Of a stretch of 32,000 bases of DNA, positions 29,710 through 32,000 are shown in pieces. Origin of the DNA: a cyanobacterium endosymbiont of Epithemia turgida isolate EtSB Lake Yunoko (GTDB taxonomy: Bacteria > Cyanobacteriota > Cyanobacteriia > Cyanobacteriales > Microcystaceae). The translations under genes and the position numbers were made by a program. Under the pieces are notes generated by a model. It saw nothing but the letters and a program-made list of their open reading frames with translations, searched no databases and had not been told where the DNA came from. The stretch lies in contig NZ_AP012549.1 in NCBI RefSeq assembly GCF_000829235.1, positions 1,380,001-1,412,000 on the forward strand, in the 5' to 3' direction. How positions within the stretch are numbered: position 1 is the stretch's first letter; each line of letters opens with the position of its first letter.

Positions 29710-31176
29710 ATGCAATTATTTAGCAATACTCCTATCCGACGACGCTATACTCCTCCTACTTGTACTCTAGAATTGTGGGACAAACGCTCTTATTTATCTC
29801 GTTGGCGGGAAGAAGGCTACCCAAAAGAGTTAAACTTTGTGCTAAATTTCGATGATCCTAAACTCTTAGAAGAACAGCAAGTAACGCTTCAGGGAGATCT
29901 CCCTCAATTAGAAGTGTTATGTGATGTGGTTGCTTGTTATGTCCAAAATCTTCTCTATCAAACCGTTAATTGTTTGACCGTTACTCATCAAGTTTCCTTT
30001 GAAAAGACCACCTGTTCGTCTGAATTATCCTCTTCAAACCCTTCAAGTGAGGAAATAGATGAGCTAAATTTACCTCCTTCATTACGACCTAAAGGATTTT
30101 TAAGTCATCAGCTTAATTTAGGTTTCCTAGAAACTCAAGCTTCTCATTCCTTCGTTAGTTTGACTTCTTCTCAACTCTTTGATCTGCTTAACGCTTTAGA
30201 AGAATATAAAGAGGATATGAGTGTATTATCTTCTTCGAAGACTTCTATTCAACGTCAAGGAATTTGGGTGTGGACTTGGACAACAGTGGTTGTTTTATTG
30301 TCCATTGCTATTCCAATATTGGGACCAAAATGGTTCGATAGACTAAACTCTGGTGATGTATCCCTAATTCAGAATCAAGAAAGTTCAGAACAACAAATGT
30401 TATCTTTTTTAGATGTGTTGCCTCCTGTACCACCTCCACCTAGTGCCCCCATTCCTTCTCCATCAATGCCACCAATGTTGGACACAAAAGATATTTTACC
30501 CCCCCCCGAAAAGATTAGCATAACGGACCCACCTCTTCGTAATCCATCTGTTGATATAAAACCCCCCACCTCTCCAGTTTTGTCACCTCTCTCTATGTTA
30601 CCCTTTGCTTCTCCACAAATTTTAACAACTAATAACTACTATCAAGTACATAATCAGCTTTCGGCTGAAGATATCCTAACCCTTCAAGTATCAAAAATCC
30701 CTACGATTATGCCTTTTTCTCCTTTGACAGTAACTGATCGTATTAATGCTATTCCTAGTATTCCTACCTCACCTTCCCTACAAGCTGAGGCGTTAGTAGA
30801 GCGATTTACTGAAAAACAAACCTCCGAAATCCCAATTGTCAACCCTTTATCAGAAGATAATATCTTTGCTGAAGCAACCCCCCAGACAACTCTTCTTGAT
30901 GTCATTCCTCAAGTATCAGAAGCTCGTCAGTATTTTCAGCAACGCTGGCAACCCCCTAGAAATCTTTCTCAAACTCTAGAATATCGCTTAATAGTTCAAT
31001 CTGATGGTTCCTTGAAACAGGCGGTTCCTTTGGGAAAAGCAGCTATTGTGTATTATCAGAAAGCATCTATTCCTACCCCTGGGAGTGCTTTTGTTTCAGC
31101 CCTAGATATATCAGAGAATCAAACTATTCGCTTAGTGTTGAGTCCTAATGGTAGGGTTAAAACCTTTTTGGAGTAG
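29710..31176 (+). CDS. Single-pass membrane protein: DUF4335-like N-terminal domain, TM helix, proline-rich linker, C-terminal beta-rich domain
   Basis: 488-aa ORF. The N-terminus RRRYTPPTCTLELWD resembles the DUF4335 signature as I recall it. There is a hydrophobic segment IWVWTWTTVVVLLSIAIPILG (about aa 185..205) and a Pro-rich stretch LPPVPPPPSAPIPSPSMPP...PPPEK...PPTSPVLSP. The C-terminal ~90 aa are QYFQQRWQPP...LEYRLIVQSDGSLKQAVPLG...IRLVLSPNGRVKTFLE. Confidence 0.65.
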   Translation: MQLFSNTPIRRRYTPPTCTLELWDKRSYLSRWREEGYPKELNFVLNFDDPKLLEEQQVTLQGDLPQLEVLCDVVACYVQNLLYQTVNCLTVTHQVSFEKTTCSSELSSSNPSSEEIDELNLPPSLRPKGFLSHQLNLGFLETQASHSFVSLTSSQLFDLLNALEEYKEDMSVLSSSKTSIQRQGIWVWTWTTVVVLLSIAIPILGPKWFDRLNSGDVSLIQNQESSEQQMLSFLDVLPPVPPPPSAPIPSPSMPPMLDTKDILPPPEKISITDPPLRNPSVDIKPPTSPVLSPLSMLPFASPQILTTNNYYQVHNQLSAEDILTLQVSKIPTIMPFSPLTVTDRINAIPSIPTSPSLQAEALVERFTEKQTSEIPIVNPLSEDNIFAEATPQTTLLDVIPQVSEARQYFQQRWQPPRNLSQTLEYRLIVQSDGSLKQAVPLGKAAIVYYQKASIPTPGSAFVSALDISENQTIRLVLSPNGRVKTFLE

Positions 31177-31742
31177 TAGCAAACAACTTTTGTGGGTTTT
31201 TTAAAAATTTAATTAACCAACTTTTCCAGAATTTTTATTCAAAGATTAGGTTAGAAGGCAAATAAGAAACTCGATTAATTTGCCAAAGAAGTAATTACAA
31301 ATCTTATAGCAGACAAATACTATATCATTTATTTAATATTTCTGGTATATGCCATCATTATATTGATAATTGTTTAAAAAATCTGTATACTCTAAAAATT
31401 AATACGCTCTATTAGACGTAAATTAAAGTAATTTTGTATAAACTTAATTTTAAAATATTTCTCGTTGAGTGTTGTACTAAATAAAATGTATTTATAAATT
31501 TCAAAAAAGGTAAAAATGAAAGAAATAATTACTTTATTTTCTAAATAAATTAGACTAAAAAATTTACTATTTATATTTAAAAAAATAAATATAGTCATCT
31601 TTTATGATGCTAGCTAAGTACATATTAATTGGTTTTATTCTAAAATAATTAAAAGAAAAATAGTTATATATTTCTTATTTGTACTCTCTAACTAAATAGA
31701 ATAAAAGAAAATAGTCTGAAATTAAAGATTATAAAAATTACG

Positions 31743-31976
31743 AAGTAATTTTTATAAATAAATATGATTTGGCTAAGATAGTTAAATAAAGTAATTTTTA
31801 TAAATAAATATGATTTGGCTAAGATAGTTAAATAAAGTAATTTTTATAAATAAATATGATTTGGCTAAGATAGTTAAATAAAGTAATTTTTATAAATAAA
31901 TATGATTTGGCTAAGATAGTTAAATAAAGTAATTTTTATAAATAAATATGATTTGGCTAAGATAGTTAAATAAAGT
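31743..31976. repeat. Perfect tandem repeat: 46-bp unit x 5.1 copies
   Basis: The unit aagtaatttttataaataaatatgatttggctaagatagttaaata starts at 31743, 31789, 31835, 31881 and 31927. All five copies are identical, and the array decays after 31976. The 13 nt to the left (31729..31741) are the reverse complement of the unit positions 3..15 (31745..31757), which forms a boundary hairpin. Confidence 0.95.
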
Positions 31977-32000
31977 TATTATCAATGAACAAAGTAGTTG

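Noticed and set aside
30375-30905. Track ORFs 30375..30569 and 30684..30905 on the minus strand
   Set aside because: They are antisense to the proline-rich region of the DUF4335-like gene. The Gly-rich translation is simply the complement of the Pro codons.
31392-31598. Track ORF of 68 aa on the minus strand
   Set aside because: It is extremely AT-rich and low in complexity (Phe/Ile/Asn/Lys), with no RBS. It is most likely a chance ORF.
31743-31976. Whether the 46-bp repeat array could be a CRISPR array
   Set aside because: The units abut directly with no unique spacers, the unit is much longer than a CRISPR repeat, and there are no cas genes in the window.

Overview
This is an AT-rich cyanobacterial chromosomal segment, roughly one third GC by eye. 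The cyanobacterial call rests on RNase E with the C-terminal RRRRRRSSA box, a CurT/CAAD protein, a CyRepA1-type Rep, one HIP1 octamer and a DUF3038/DUF4335-like gene pair. Coding density is low: about 17 kb of the 32 kb lies in intact ORFs. Intact genes, in order: pheA (partial, -), rne (-), tRNA-Asp (+), coaE (-), a double zinc-ribbon protein (+), an IscS/NifS-type cysteine desulfurase (+), a Ctp C-terminal processing protease (-), a Nudix hydrolase cut short by an in-frame TGA (-), an OB-fold lipoprotein (-), folD (+), a 1013-aa primase-helicase of the CyRepA1 plasmid-Rep type (+), glutathione reductase (-), a hypothetical protein (-), a tandem-domain PTPS/QueD-fold protein (+), a CurT-like CAAD protein (+), a 2-Cys peroxiredoxin (+), and a two-gene pair of conserved unknowns (+). 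Between these lie seven gene-free tracts of about 0.8 to 2.3 kb, mostly very AT-rich. Two contain recognisable gene wrecks: an oligopeptidase A pseudogene with a destroyed HExxH motif, and a frameshifted ORF coupled to folD. This pattern fits a genome in reductive evolution, such as a host-restricted or endosymbiotic unicellular cyanobacterium, but that is an unverified inference. The most notable observations are: (1) the intact CyRepA1-like replication protein sitting alone among decaying housekeeping DNA; (2) a set of long, perfect palindromes (27, 31, 23 and 16 bp arms) in the gene deserts; (3) a perfect 46 bp x 5 tandem array at the right edge of the window. I found no CRISPR array, rRNA, transposase or integrase.
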